DNA of 64,000 nucleotides from Nanobdellota archaeon (GTDB lineage Archaea; Nanobdellota; Nanobdellia; Pacearchaeales; GW2011-AR1): NCBI GenBank assembly GCA_038044745.1, contig JBBSZK010000002.1, positions 35,790 to 99,789 of the forward strand, read 5' to 3'. Shown piece by piece: positions 63,833 to 64,000 of this stretch (position 1 is its first letter; each line of letters starts with the position of its first letter). The notes under the pieces were generated by a model. It saw only the letters and a program-made list of their open reading frames with translations, ran no database searches and was not told where the DNA came from. The position numbers and the translations under genes were made by a program.

Positions 63833-64000
63833 TCTTCATCGTCATCTCCGCGCGAAGAAACTGAAGATTTAGAAACAAATTCGGGCTCATCTTCATCATC
63901 AAGCGTATCGAGCGCCTGCAACGCAGCATCGCTTGCTTCTTGCTCCTGCTCCGCAGCCTGCATAAATGCCGCAACCTCCGCGCGTAACACCTCTAATCGT
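63829..64000 (-). CDS. C-terminal end of a minus-strand ORF with acidic tail (5' part beyond window end)
   Basis: Own translation ...RLEVLRAEVAAFMQAAEQEQEASDAALQALDTLDDEDEPEFVSKSSVSSRGDDDED-stop. Open to the window edge. Stop overlaps the hisS stop. Confidence 0.3.
   Translation of the reverse strand, partial: RLEVLRAEVAAFMQAAEQEQEASDAALQALDTLDDEDEPEFVSKSSVSSRGDDDED

Noticed and set aside
1-64000. CRISPR arrays
   Set aside because: Scanned for regularly spaced 25-40-nt direct repeats. Only att duplications, the three 25-nt repeats near the TA cassettes and codon-level tandem repeats (NETIV-coding, 21440..21490) were found. No array structure.

Overview
This is an archaeal chromosomal window, judged from ribosomal proteins L7Ae/S28e/L24e, Kae1 and an intron-containing tRNA. 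The lineage cannot be fixed from sequence alone; tRNA-Ile(UAU), possible split or odd tRNAs and small genes are reminiscent of DPANN-type archaea. The left ~27 kb holds gyrB-gyrA, the L24e/S28e/L7Ae cluster, Kae1 and an XRE-HTH/sigma70-region4-like regulator. It then holds a ~15 kb minus-strand operon of paralogous CARDB-like surface proteins with signal peptides and C-terminal TM anchors, ending in a 2267-aa beta-helix/LamG giant surface protein. That operon is followed by a secreted beta-helix protein, a HExxH peptidase, an archaeal type IV pilin-like protein with Ca-binding repeats and a DRG-like GTPase. The middle holds tRNA-Ile(UAU, intron), two tandem EgtD-like methyltransferases and tRNA-Glu(UUC). 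That tRNA-Glu is attB for a ~27.6 kb low-GC integrated element bounded by exact 30-bp direct repeats at 30351..30380 and 57948..57977. The element carries a tyrosine integrase, a DsbA-fusion protein, a Shedu-like nuclease, a type III R-M system (mod/res), a CYTH + B12-radical SAM + wHTH trio and an RHS-core toxin/immunity pair. It also carries a 1912-aa SpvB/FG-GAP/RHS-repeat/LamG (TcB-like) protein, a VirB4-like ATPase with a nuclease-like tail plus VirB6/VirB2-like membrane proteins, an MT-A70 methylase and an RHH protein. The right ~6 kb holds two repeat-flanked RelE-type TA cassettes in a low-GC extension that ends at a degenerate att-like site, then pitA + phoU-like, a rhomboid protease, an anomalous tRNA-His(GUG)-like locus and hisS.
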